Shown: positions 10,563 through 19,352, numbered from the stretch's first letter. The stretch: DNA of 64,000 bases from Candidatus Uhrbacteria bacterium RIFCSPLOWO2_01_FULL_47_17 (GCA_001791305.1 MGEI01000005.1:340208-404207), one strand, 5' to 3'. Numbers and translations: made by a program. The notes: generated by a model from the letters alone, not told the origin.

Positions 10563-10637
10563 CTTTCGAACTTAGGTCACGTCCGACATTCGGATATGAA
10601 CTAAGAGAAAAGGTCGTTTTTTTTAAGGTGAAACGAC
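10563..10637 (-). promoter_or_regulatory. hairpin + CTTTTC + hairpin + GAAAG intergenic element
   Basis: minus strand GTCGTTT..AAACGAC, CTTTTC, CTTAG..TCCGA-atg-TCGGA..CTAAG, TTCGAAAG. Confidence 0.55.
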
Positions 10638-11632
10638 TAGGTTCGTACGCGCACTCGCTGTGAGGATCGACGCGTGATGAGAAGAGCGATGAGGCACAGG
10701 GTGAGAAGACTTGTCGGAACAGGATTGACTCCCGTTTCCGACGCACTGCATCCCTTTTGCCGACCTTGATTTGCTTCCGGTGCGGGTTGCTGATCCGGTG
10801 GCTGATTGCTCTTTGCATTCGGATCGGCATTCTGCACGGTTGCGGGTGGTGGCGGTTCCGGCTTCTGTTCGCCGATGGGCCAGTTCGCAAGGTCCATGTT
10901 GGTGACCTCGCCAAGCCAAGCTTTCGCCACATCATCCGGCACACCCTTCAGCAGATCGTAATCCGCTTGGGCCGCATCGGCATTTGTAGTTTCTACTTGG
11001 ACAGCGGTCGCGAGCGCCTTGTTGAGAGCGATCTCATCATTCGCGCCCCAGTACTTTTGTGCCGTTTGGGAAAGCATGTGCTTGCCCGGCATTCCAATTC
11101 CGATGACATTGAGTTCGATGCGACGATTTGGACTCACAACTTCTTGTGCATACGTTTGCATCTTGGCTTTTTCATCGTCCGGTGTCGCTTCACCATCGGT
11201 GACGACGAGGAGTTTGTAATTGCCACGGTTGAACTGACGCTTTCGAACTTCGAGAAGTGCGTCCGCAGCCATCTTGATGGACGTCCCAAGCGGAGTTCCA
11301 CCATTTGGCTGGATCGCATCGATCGATGCTTTGATTGAATCCTTGTTCATCGGACCAATGGGCGTGAGCCAATCGATCGTCATCTTTCCCCAGTTGTCAC
11401 TCACGAACAGCAGAATGCCGACGTGGGTGCTTTGTGGGATTTGATCGATCACCTTCTTGAGCGCGGTCTTTGCGACCGTGATCTTGCTATCGTTACTTCC
11501 GTCGGAAATGGACTCCTTCATGGAGCCAGATCCATCGAACACGATCACGAGGTTGTCATGCGTCACCTCCTCCGCAAACGCGAGGGAGGGAATGATCAGA
11601 GCTGCAAGCACGAGTGCGAGAATCGTTTTCAT
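10637..11632 (-). CDS. secreted vWA-domain protein with C-terminal sorting signal
   Basis: AGGAGGT RBS, signal peptide, MIDAS DGSGSM, GGTPL, VTDGE; C-terminal GCS..TM..RR. Confidence 0.85.
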   Translation of the reverse strand: MKTILALVLAALIIPSLAFAEEVTHDNLVIVFDGSGSMKESISDGSNDSKITVAKTALKKVIDQIPQSTHVGILLFVSDNWGKMTIDWLTPIGPMNKDSIKASIDAIQPNGGTPLGTSIKMAADALLEVRKRQFNRGNYKLLVVTDGEATPDDEKAKMQTYAQEVVSPNRRIELNVIGIGMPGKHMLSQTAQKYWGANDEIALNKALATAVQVETTNADAAQADYDLLKGVPDDVAKAWLGEVTNMDLANWPIGEQKPEPPPPATVQNADPNAKSNQPPDQQPAPEANQGRQKGCSASETGVNPVPTSLLTLCLIALLITRRSSQRVRVRT

Positions 11633-11645
11633 GTGGCACCTCCTC

Positions 11646-13610
11646 TTACAGTTCGTAGTCGGAAGCGGTGGCAGCCTCGGCCGAAACTCGGACGATGCTG
11701 AACTCCACACGACGATTCTTTGCGGCTTCATCCGGACTCCGAGGCTTCACGATGAACGGGTCGCTTGCGCCCGCACCGACGACGGTGATCTGGCTCTCAT
11801 CGAGCTTCGCACCCTTCTTCGCCGCGTATGCAATCAGCGACTGCCGTACCTGATTTGCGCGATCGCGCGAGAGCGCGGTCGCAGCCTCCGCAACGCGCGA
11901 AGGACTTGCCGCACGACGCGACGGATCCGGATCGTCCCGCGTATCGTCGATACCGGGCTGATGCACGAGCGCGAGCACTTGCTTCGCGTTTGCGAGATCG
12001 AGCGGCTTGCCGTCGATCGAGTAGCTGAAGTTGCCGGGCGTTCCGGCTTGCTTCACAAGGCCTGTCGCCATGCCCTTCTTCAGGATCATAGAAACGAGCA
12101 GCGTCGTGTCCGTGTGACCACGGATGACGATCGGTGCGCGCGTATACTTGGCCGCAAGCTTGATGACGTCATCGAACTGCGCGCCGTACTGACCTTCGTT
12201 GAACTCCACTTGGTTTTCCAAGAAGTAGGCGACAAACGAGAGCATGGTGTTTTCCCCAATCGCGCCCGTCTGATTCAACTTCTCGATGTCTGCCTGAACG
12301 GCTTCTGCGTTGAAACGCGCGGTGCGCTTCACGTTGCCGGAGGCAAAACCGTTGAACACACTGTGTGCCCAGTCGATCTTCGCACTTGGAACATCGACGC
12401 GCACGGTTGTGACACCGAGGGCTGCGGCGAGGTCGTTCGTGAGATCGGAGAAGTACTTGTGACCGGTCGGGTTTGCGGGGTCATCCCACTCCACGTTTCC
12501 GGCAATGCCGACAAAGGATGCGTCGAGCAGAAGACCGAACGTATCGGTTTCCGACGGACATCCACCCTTCCAAACGTCATTCACTCCCATCGCAAACGCG
12601 AGGAGGGCACGCATTTCTTCCGAGCCCTTGTTTTCGTAGTCGTGGCGAAGCGCCGTGACCTGTTCGACCGACTTCGTGTACGCGGCCGCGAATTTCGTGA
12701 CCGTGTCGCGATTGGTCGTGTTGAACTTGTGACTGACAAAGTAGACATCCGGAATCGACTTGCGCCGATCCGCCGTGGACACGAGTACGTGAGCGCCCTT
12801 CACAGAGCCTTCCGCACCCGAGCCCTTGCTCGTGAGACCGCCCGTGAGCGCTGCCATGTCCGGAGACACCGCAAACGCACAGTCCACTTTCGCGTTGTCG
12901 CGAAGATGATTCGGTGGGTCGTCTTTCTTCGGGTCATTGCTGATGCCGTTTGCCCAAACGATGGTCACGTCCGACATCTTCAAGTTCACGTCCCGAAGGA
13001 TGTCGAACAAGAAGCTTTCGTGCGGACCTGCCTTCTGGATCGACACTGTTGCGCCTTTCAATTGCTTGATGTCCGTGATCTTGTCGCGGCAAACCAAGTG
13101 ATCGCCCGCCGACAGCGTGAGCACGAATGCCTTTTCCGGACACAGATCTGCATTCGGGGTGGGGCACAGCTCCGCGAGGTAGCGGTTGATGGTTGGAAAG
13201 GTCATGCGCAGGAACGGTGTTTCGCCGCTCTTGTACTTTGCAATCTGTGCGGCCGTGTCGTCTGCCGGAAACAGCTTGAAGTTCAAACCGTACTCGGCAA
13301 AGATGGTGCCGACATGCGTCTGCAATCCGCCAAGACCCCAGAAAAGAGGAATCTCAGCACCCCAGAAGATGTACCCGAGGTTGATCGGTTCTCCTGGAAG
13401 GACGTCGCCGCCAGGCAGCTTTGCCTGGACGGGAGCGGCAGCAGCGGGTTCCACTTGCGCGGGTGTTGCTTCCTGTCGCTGTCCTTGCGCGGGCGCGCCT
13501 TGCGCCGCTTGGTTGCCGTTCTGTGCCGGCTCTTCTTTCTTTTCACATCCGCCAATCACACTCGCGAGCGCGAGGGTCATGGCAAACAGAATCATGCGAG
13601 AATTTCGCAT
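11646..13610 (-). CDS. solute-binding lipoprotein fused to OmpA-like domain
   Basis: lipobox IGGC, binding-protein body, IRGHTD, LSRDRANQV, NRRVEF. Confidence 0.85.
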   Translation of the reverse strand: MRNSRMILFAMTLALASVIGGCEKKEEPAQNGNQAAQGAPAQGQRQEATPAQVEPAAAAPVQAKLPGGDVLPGEPINLGYIFWGAEIPLFWGLGGLQTHVGTIFAEYGLNFKLFPADDTAAQIAKYKSGETPFLRMTFPTINRYLAELCPTPNADLCPEKAFVLTLSAGDHLVCRDKITDIKQLKGATVSIQKAGPHESFLFDILRDVNLKMSDVTIVWANGISNDPKKDDPPNHLRDNAKVDCAFAVSPDMAALTGGLTSKGSGAEGSVKGAHVLVSTADRRKSIPDVYFVSHKFNTTNRDTVTKFAAAYTKSVEQVTALRHDYENKGSEEMRALLAFAMGVNDVWKGGCPSETDTFGLLLDASFVGIAGNVEWDDPANPTGHKYFSDLTNDLAAALGVTTVRVDVPSAKIDWAHSVFNGFASGNVKRTARFNAEAVQADIEKLNQTGAIGENTMLSFVAYFLENQVEFNEGQYGAQFDDVIKLAAKYTRAPIVIRGHTDTTLLVSMILKKGMATGLVKQAGTPGNFSYSIDGKPLDLANAKQVLALVHQPGIDDTRDDPDPSRRAASPSRVAEAATALSRDRANQVRQSLIAYAAKKGAKLDESQITVVGAGASDPFIVKPRSPDEAAKNRRVEFSIVRVSAEAATASDYEL

Positions 13611-13711
13611 CTTCCTTCTCCTTATCCTGCCGTTGAATAGGAAACGAATCGTGACAGGCCGACCCATTTTTGTCATTCGACAACTGACTCCGGAATTTTT
13701 CCGAAGTCAAG

Positions 13712-13740
13712 AACTTACCCGAAAATCCAAAAAATGTCAA
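13712..13740 (-). promoter_or_regulatory. probable promoter of the PspA/ABC/AAA operon
   Basis: minus strand TTGACA, 17 nt, TAAGTT; the same layout occurs at 242-270 on the minus strand. Confidence 0.5.
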
Positions 13741-13881
13741 GCGCTTTTTGCAGAATTCGCGTTGCGGCTTTGTCTAATCAAACTCGATGGGAAAATGGCT
13801 TTGTTTTGTGTTTGCTCTATGGAAATGTCAGAGAAAGCTGACAAAAAAACACCACGATATTTTGTCGTGGTGTTTTTAGGA

Positions 13882-14355
13882 TTATTCTGCGGGTGTTTCT
13901 GTTGGCGCTGGAGCTTCTGCTGGTTTTTCTGCCTCAGCCTTTGCGGCCTCAGCTTCTGCCTTTGCAGCTTCAGCAGCGGCTTTCTTTGCTTCTTCTTCCG
14001 CAAGTTTAGCAGCTTCTGCCTTTGCTTTCGCTGCGTCTTCTTTGGCCTTTTTATCAGCTAAATCCTTCTCCAAGTCCGCTTTTTTGCGGTCACTAATGTG
14101 AGATTTTGCGATTTTCTTTCCTTCTACGAATTTATGGTCGAGAAAGAGGTTCCAAACGGTCGGGGAGCATTGTGCGCCTTTTTCCAGCCAATGTTTGACC
14201 TGATCTGCAGCCACAACCAATGCTTTGGTTCGTGGGTTGTAGTGACCAAGGATTTCAATGGATTTTGCCCATGGATCGCGTGTTTTTGGTTGAACAATCA
14301 CACGAAAAAGAGGCGCTTTTTTCTTTCCAACGCGGGAAAGGCGAATAGTGAGCAT
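13882..14355 (-). CDS. rpsP: 30S ribosomal protein S16 with Ala/Lys/Glu-rich tail
   Basis: MLTIRLSRVGKKKAPLFRVIV, IEILGHYNP, WLEKGAQ. Confidence 0.95.
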   Translation of the reverse strand: MLTIRLSRVGKKKAPLFRVIVQPKTRDPWAKSIEILGHYNPRTKALVVAADQVKHWLEKGAQCSPTVWNLFLDHKFVEGKKIAKSHISDRKKADLEKDLADKKAKEDAAKAKAEAAKLAEEEAKKAAAEAAKAEAEAAKAEAEKPAEAPAPTETPAE

Positions 14356-14466
14356 AGGGGAGGGGAAAGTGAAAGAGTGAAAAAGTGGAAGAGTGATGGA
14401 AGGGGCTTTGCTTTATATAAAAAGACAAATACCTTCACTTTTTGACTCTTTGACTTTTTGACTTTG
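14356..14466. repeat. octamer-periodic imperfect inverted repeat (AAGAGTGA / TCACTCTT type)
   Basis: AAAGTGAAAGAGTGAAAAAGTGGAAGAGTGA, AT-rich spacer, TCACTTTTTGACTCTTTGACTTTTTGACT. Confidence 0.7.
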
Positions 14467-14619
14467 TTTTAAATTCTTCAAAACGGCTAGATACACCATT
14501 TCTTCGAGGTCTCAGGTCATTTTTGAGCGTGATGACGTTGTCGGAAGAATAAGGGAACGAGAGTGAAAAGTCAAGGATTCAAATAGTGCCCATTTTAGGC
14601 TATTTTTTAGCTAAAACCC

Positions 14620-14648
14620 TTGACAAAAAGTCCAAAATGTGATATATT
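14620..14648 (+). promoter_or_regulatory. strong sigma70 promoter at the head of the accessory array
   Basis: TTGACA (14620-25), 17 nt, TG-a-TATATT extended -10 (14640-48). Confidence 0.75.
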
Positions 14649-15015
14649 AAGGACGTAAAAATCTTTACAATTATGGGGAGAGAGCTGCGCTATCCAGTCC
14701 CATTTTGATAGCAAATTCAAGGTATTGCCCGAGTCACATCGTGGCCGTATTTTTGAGAACCAATGATTGGGTATTTCTCTCGTTTGAAATAAGTAATCAT
14801 TGGTTTTTTTGTTCATCACCATTCGGGAGGCAGCGTGCACAAGCTCATTCTGGATCTGAAGAAGTTCTGGTTCCTGTGGAACAAGGTCCAGCCGGATTGC
14901 CGGTCGACCCTCCTCGAGGAGTTCCTGTTCAACCCTCGTCGATTCGAAATGCGGTTCCAAGCGGAACTCAACTTCCAACTCGAATACAGCCGTCGTTGGC
15001 GGTAAGGAGAGCGAC

Positions 15016-15129
15016 ATGACGTTCAAGCAAACGCTGTTCGTGAACGTCGGTCTCGCGGTTCTCATGATGGGTGCGCTCGCGTATGCGGCCATCAATCCGT
15101 GCCGGGAGCCGTCGACGTCGAGGAAGTAA
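15016..15129 (+). CDS. 37-aa single-TM small protein (not in ORF track)
   Basis: TAAGGAG RBS; MTFKQTLFVNVGLAVLMMGALAYAAINPCREPSTSRK. Confidence 0.6.
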   Translation: MTFKQTLFVNVGLAVLMMGALAYAAINPCREPSTSRK

Positions 15130-15178
15130 CCCCACAAAAACAACGCTCGGCGAATTCGCGGAGCAAGAGGAAAAGGAA

Positions 15179-15418
15179 ATGTCTCAACGGAAAGATGAGC
15201 AGCGTGCGTATGTAGAACGGAAAGCGTTCGCAGAAACCTTGACACGGCAATTTGCCGGTAAAAAGGTACTGAAGATTCGTTTCGATGATATGCAGCAATG
15301 CACGATTGTATTCGATGACGGATCAACGCTGAAGATCGCAAGCAGCCTGTCTTCGTATGACGGTCACCACGAACTGGAAGTCCAAGACCAAAATATCCGT
15401 TACGATTATTGGGAATAG
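15179..15418 (+). CDS. hypothetical protein (79 aa)
   Basis: GAGGAAAAGGA RBS before MSQRKDEQ. Confidence 0.65.
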   Translation: MSQRKDEQRAYVERKAFAETLTRQFAGKKVLKIRFDDMQQCTIVFDDGSTLKIASSLSSYDGHHELEVQDQNIRYDYWE

Positions 15419-15619
15419 GTCAACATCCTCTCACTTAGCCTCGCGCGAATGAGAGACCTGCTCTTTGAAACATTTTCGATCTGCCCGCAGCTGCTTCACA
15501 GCTGCGGGACTCGACTCTGAACATCACTTTGCGTCTCTCGCGAATGTGGTGGTCGGACTGAGTCTGGTTAGTGAGTTTTTTCAACAACATGATCGGCATG
15601 TCCGGTCGGAGGTTCTTTC

Positions 15620-16786
15620 ATGAAGTACAGCATCCTGTTCCTGGTGTCCTTGTTCCTTCTCGGTGCGTGCGGGACGTTCGAAGAATCGAATGCTCCGGCG
15701 CCTGCGACCGAAGAGGATTTGGAAATGGCCGAGTTTCTCGACTGCTCGGAAGTCGGTGACTGTGACGATTCGTTTCCGGACATCAACATCACGATCGAAC
15801 TCGATTGCGAGTCGGTCGATTCGAAGAAAAAAGGCGACATCTGCGTGTCGGTCTGCAACGAGTGCCAGAGCGGCTCCGACTGCATCGACACGGATGCCGA
15901 CTGGTATCCGGACACGTGCGTGACGCCCGTCGAAGCTCCGCCTGCGCGTGAACCGCCGCCGGTTTTGGTGGCTTGCGGTGGGACATTTTTTCCGCTCGGT
16001 GAACTGTGCAGTGGTGCATCCGGTGTGTGTCAGGAAAACGGCACACGCGAATGTTTCGAAGGCAAGCTCATCTGCTCGACGGATCCAAAGGGAAGCGCAT
16101 CGCTCGCGACCAATGAAGTCTGCGACGGTAAGGACAACGATTGCGACGGAGAGACGGATGAAGGTACGTCGCTCGTTTGGTACTTTCCGGACGTGGACGG
16201 TGATGGCTACGGCACAAGCGGCAATGCGCTTCTGAAGCCGGTCGAAGTCTGCACGAATGGATTGATTCCATCCGGCTACGTCTACAAAAGCGGTGACTGC
16301 GATGACAGCTACGATACAATCTACCCTGGCAAGAATTGTCCGTTTCCTGACAGTAACAGTGCATCCAAGTTGATCGTGATCCTCAAGTCATCGAAGAAGA
16401 CAAATATGGTTGGGTACGAAGATGACCCTACAACGTTCTACTTCAAGATTGCAAAGACTCTCGAGGAAGTCGCCGGCAAGTGGAGCAGTGATTATTTTCA
16501 GTTCGATACAGAAAGCGGATTCGCCGAGCTTGCTTTGAACGCGACGGATAAGTATGTCCGGTTCAACACGATCGACGCACCTGGGTGGTGGTCGACGTGC
16601 GGTGGGGCGTTCAACGCATTCAACGCAATTGATGGGGGATTCGCGCTCAATCCTAAGCTCAAGGTTTATCAGCTCAAGAACGGAGCATGGATCAACATGA
16701 CGAGCAAGGTGGAGATGTACGAGCAACCCAACGACGCAAGCAAGACCGACAGCGGTGACCTGTGCTCGGCTCTGCTCAAGCTTTAG
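15620..16786 (+). CDS. Cys-rich lipoprotein with putative metal-binding repeats (MopE-related CDGxDNDCDG type)
   Basis: lipobox LLGAC, EVCDGKDNDCDGETDE, DVDGDGYG, GDCDD..IYPG. Confidence 0.82.
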   Translation: MKYSILFLVSLFLLGACGTFEESNAPAPATEEDLEMAEFLDCSEVGDCDDSFPDINITIELDCESVDSKKKGDICVSVCNECQSGSDCIDTDADWYPDTCVTPVEAPPAREPPPVLVACGGTFFPLGELCSGASGVCQENGTRECFEGKLICSTDPKGSASLATNEVCDGKDNDCDGETDEGTSLVWYFPDVDGDGYGTSGNALLKPVEVCTNGLIPSGYVYKSGDCDDSYDTIYPGKNCPFPDSNSASKLIVILKSSKKTNMVGYEDDPTTFYFKIAKTLEEVAGKWSSDYFQFDTESGFAELALNATDKYVRFNTIDAPGWWSTCGGAFNAFNAIDGGFALNPKLKVYQLKNGAWINMTSKVEMYEQPNDASKTDSGDLCSALLKL

Positions 16787-16799
16787 TTCCTTTCAACTC

Positions 16800-16881
16800 G
16801 TTCGACCAACTTCGGAAATTCCGAAGCTGGTCGAACCTTTTTCAGAGACATCAATCAAAGTGATTGAGTGATCTGAGAAAG
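16800..16881 (+). repeat. two-hairpin intergenic element, copy A
   Basis: GTTCGACCA..TGGTCGAAC, CTTTTT, CAGAGA..GATCTG, AGAAAG. Confidence 0.85.
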
Positions 16882-16894
16882 TTTCTGGGTTCCT

Positions 16895-16921
16895 GTTATA
16901 GGCGGGGTCCCTTGACCCCGC
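16895..16921 (+). repeat. REP-like palindrome, copy 1
   Basis: GTTATAGGCGGGGTCCCTTGACCCCGC; near-identical at 22607 and 24106. Confidence 0.75.
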
Positions 16922-16934
16922 GGAGGTGTTTTCC

Positions 16935-18275
16935 ATGAAGTACGGAATTTCGTTTCTGGTGTCCTTGTTCCTGCTCGCGGCGTGCGAGACGACCAATGTG
17001 TACCCGACCGAGGTGGTCGAGGTACCGAAGGCGGAAACCGCGGTGAGTTGCAGTGCGGTCGATCCGACTCAGATCGAGATCAAACTCGACTGTGCGTCGG
17101 TCGGCGCGTTCCAGCACGGCGATTCTTGCATCAGCAACTGTACGCTCTGCAGCTCGCAAGAGATCTGCATCGATACGGACGGCGACAAGTGGAAGGACAC
17201 GTGCGTGCAAGGTGAGACGCCTCTTGAAACCCCGCCGGCTCACGAGCCGACGGCGACAACGGAAGCTCCGCCCGCTCGCGAACCGCCCGTCGAAGTTCAG
17301 TGCGGCGGTACGTTCGGCATGATCGGAACTCCGTGCAGTGGCGCGTTCGGCGCATGTGCGGAAAACGGCGTACTCGAGTGTGCTGACGGCGAATGGGAAT
17401 GTTCGACGGACGTGAAGGGAAGTGAATCTCTTGCGACTGTCGAACTGTGCGACGGCAAGGACAACGATTGCGACGGGGAGACGGATGAAGACTACACGTC
17501 TGACCTTGGCAAGCAGTGCTTCGGCCTGAATCAGTGCGGTCTTGGCCCGGGCGTCGTGGTTTGCAACAAGAAAGGAGAAATCGCGCAGTTGTCCTGCACG
17601 GTCGGAACCCCGTCGACGGCATATGCAACTCTGGATTCGCCGGAGCTCTGCGATGACATCGACAACAACTGCGACGGAAAGATCGACGAAGGCTGCGCGC
17701 TGAAAGTCGATCCATCCGAAGAAGACAATGACAAGGACAGTTACATGGCTCTGAATGACTGCGACGACAACGACGCGTTGATCCATCCCGGTCTCGACAA
17801 CTGCCCGACATTCCAAGGTCTGACCAAGGACAGTTACAAGCTGGTTCTGGTCTGGGGCGGAGCGGAAAACAGTCCGTACACCGCCAACGCGTATTTCAAG
17901 TTCGGAAAGAGTGCGGTCGAGTTGCAGTTCAGCTCGAAAGTGTTCTTCGACAACACGTGGGAAGTGAAAAGTTTCCCGCAATACAATTACACGGCGACGG
18001 ATCTGGAAAAGCAGTCGTCGCACGTCGCGTTCAACGTGTTCGGATATCCGGGTTACTGGTATCTGTGTTCGGGGAACGTCGTCGATACGATTTCATTCGC
18101 GCTCTCGAAGGAGCTTCCGAAGGTGTACCTCATCTCGGGCGGCGTCTGGAAGGAGGTGGGCAGCAAGCTTGAAGTGCTCGCAGCAAATGATCTCGAGGTC
18201 GTCAAAGGACCGATTTACGGCGGCGACTACAACAAGAGCAAGCCGGCCTACTGTGCAGCCATGCTGCAACTGTAA
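16935..18275 (+). CDS. Cys-rich lipoprotein, paralog of 15620..16786
   Basis: GGAGGTG RBS, lipobox LLAAC, two CDxxDNxCDG repeats, shared EAPPAREPP. Confidence 0.82.
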   Translation: MKYGISFLVSLFLLAACETTNVYPTEVVEVPKAETAVSCSAVDPTQIEIKLDCASVGAFQHGDSCISNCTLCSSQEICIDTDGDKWKDTCVQGETPLETPPAHEPTATTEAPPAREPPVEVQCGGTFGMIGTPCSGAFGACAENGVLECADGEWECSTDVKGSESLATVELCDGKDNDCDGETDEDYTSDLGKQCFGLNQCGLGPGVVVCNKKGEIAQLSCTVGTPSTAYATLDSPELCDDIDNNCDGKIDEGCALKVDPSEEDNDKDSYMALNDCDDNDALIHPGLDNCPTFQGLTKDSYKLVLVWGGAENSPYTANAYFKFGKSAVELQFSSKVFFDNTWEVKSFPQYNYTATDLEKQSSHVAFNVFGYPGYWYLCSGNVVDTISFALSKELPKVYLISGGVWKEVGSKLEVLAANDLEVVKGPIYGGDYNKSKPAYCAAMLQL

Positions 18276-18290
18276 GCTCCTTCATCAACT

Positions 18291-18377
18291 GTTCGACCCG
18301 CTTCCTGGAAGTTCCAGAAGTCGGTCGAACCTTTTCCAGAGATCCCGATCGAAGGTCGATCGAGGGATCTGAGAATG
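18291..18377 (+). repeat. two-hairpin intergenic element, copy B
   Basis: GTTCGACC..GGTCGAAC CTTTTC CAGAGATCCCGATCGA-agg-TCGATCGAGGGATCTG AGAATG. Confidence 0.88.
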
Positions 18378-18403
18378 TTTTGTTCAACAAAGGAGGGTGT
18401 CCC

Positions 18404-18850
18404 ATGGGTTCAACGGCAACGTCGGCGGTTGTGGTTCAACTGGAACATGAGATCGAGACCACAAAAGATCACCTTGACCAACTCAATGAGCGTTTGCGCG
18501 AGCAGACGACGGTCGGGTGGCTGGCGATCGTCAATTTCATGTTCGGCGGCAGGATTCAGTACGTCCGTATTTCGGATCGGGCCAACAATCCGTTCGATCA
18601 CTTCGACTCCTCGTCGAAACCTCACCGACAGCGCAGCTATGTGAAGGGCTGTTCCGACATTGATCAGGTGCGGGTGCTCTTTAGCGGTTGGAACGAACCT
18701 GAGTTTGAGATGAAGCTCGAAGACGGCCGCTCGCGGATTCCGGGATCGTTTGTTTTCCTAACCAACACGAACTTGGATGCGCTGACCCGGAAGGCTGAAG
18801 CTGTCCTTTCGAGTGAACGGCGCAACAAGAGTTCTGCGCTCGGTCAATAA
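18404..18850 (+). CDS. hypothetical protein (148 aa)
   Basis: AAGGAGG RBS; lies between repeats B and C. Confidence 0.7.
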   Translation: MGSTATSAVVVQLEHEIETTKDHLDQLNERLREQTTVGWLAIVNFMFGGRIQYVRISDRANNPFDHFDSSSKPHRQRSYVKGCSDIDQVRVLFSGWNEPEFEMKLEDGRSRIPGSFVFLTNTNLDALTRKAEAVLSSERRNKSSALGQ

Positions 18851-18853
18851 TCT

Positions 18854-18940
18854 GTTCGACCCGCTTCCTGGAAGTTTCAGAAGTTGGTCGAACCTTTTCC
18901 AGAGATCCCGATCGAAGGTCGATCGAGGGATCTGCGAAAG
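18854..18940 (+). repeat. two-hairpin intergenic element, copy C
   Basis: near-identical to copy B, ends CGAAAG. Confidence 0.88.
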
Positions 18941-18982
18941 GTAATAGTGCCCGCGCAGGAATGCGTCGGCTTGGAGAGGAAG

Positions 18983-19339
18983 ATGATGACCATGCAAGAC
19001 AAAGCGGCGATGGCTGCGTTCGAGACGATTGTCGCGCGCGGGCTTGTGGGGCGTGAGGAACTGAAGCGGTGGATCGTCGATACGCACCTGGATTGGCGCA
19101 AGACTCACTTCAAGATCTTGTTTCGGAACGCCAACAACTCGCGGCGCATCGAGTGCGAAGTGCTCAACCGGCTCGAACCGCTTTCGGATGGTGGTGTGAA
19201 GATGTCGGTCGAGATCACGATGATCACGGCCGGCGCAAGCTCGCAGGTTCCGGAAAGTCCGTGGACCGATGTGCTCTTCGACGCGGACAGGCCGCGCACG
19301 GTTCGAATGAGCAGCATGCTTCGTAAGCGTGCGGCGTAA
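18983..19339 (+). CDS. hypothetical protein (about 118 aa)
   Basis: GGAGAGGA RBS before MMTMQDKA. Confidence 0.65.
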   Translation: MMTMQDKAAMAAFETIVARGLVGREELKRWIVDTHLDWRKTHFKILFRNANNSRRIECEVLNRLEPLSDGGVKMSVEITMITAGASSQVPESPWTDVLFDADRPRTVRMSSMLRKRAA

Positions 19340-19352
19340 AACAAGGAGTTCC

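Noticed and set aside
11457-13640. 727-aa plus-strand ORF and similar long antisense ORFs (5791..7095, 16896..18023, 41929..43053)
   Set aside because: Shadow frames of GC-rich genes that have clear motifs or RBS on the opposite strand.
14705-15019. 104-aa ORF after the array promoter
   Set aside because: TTG start without RBS and no recognisable features; may be leader sequence, so left uncalled.
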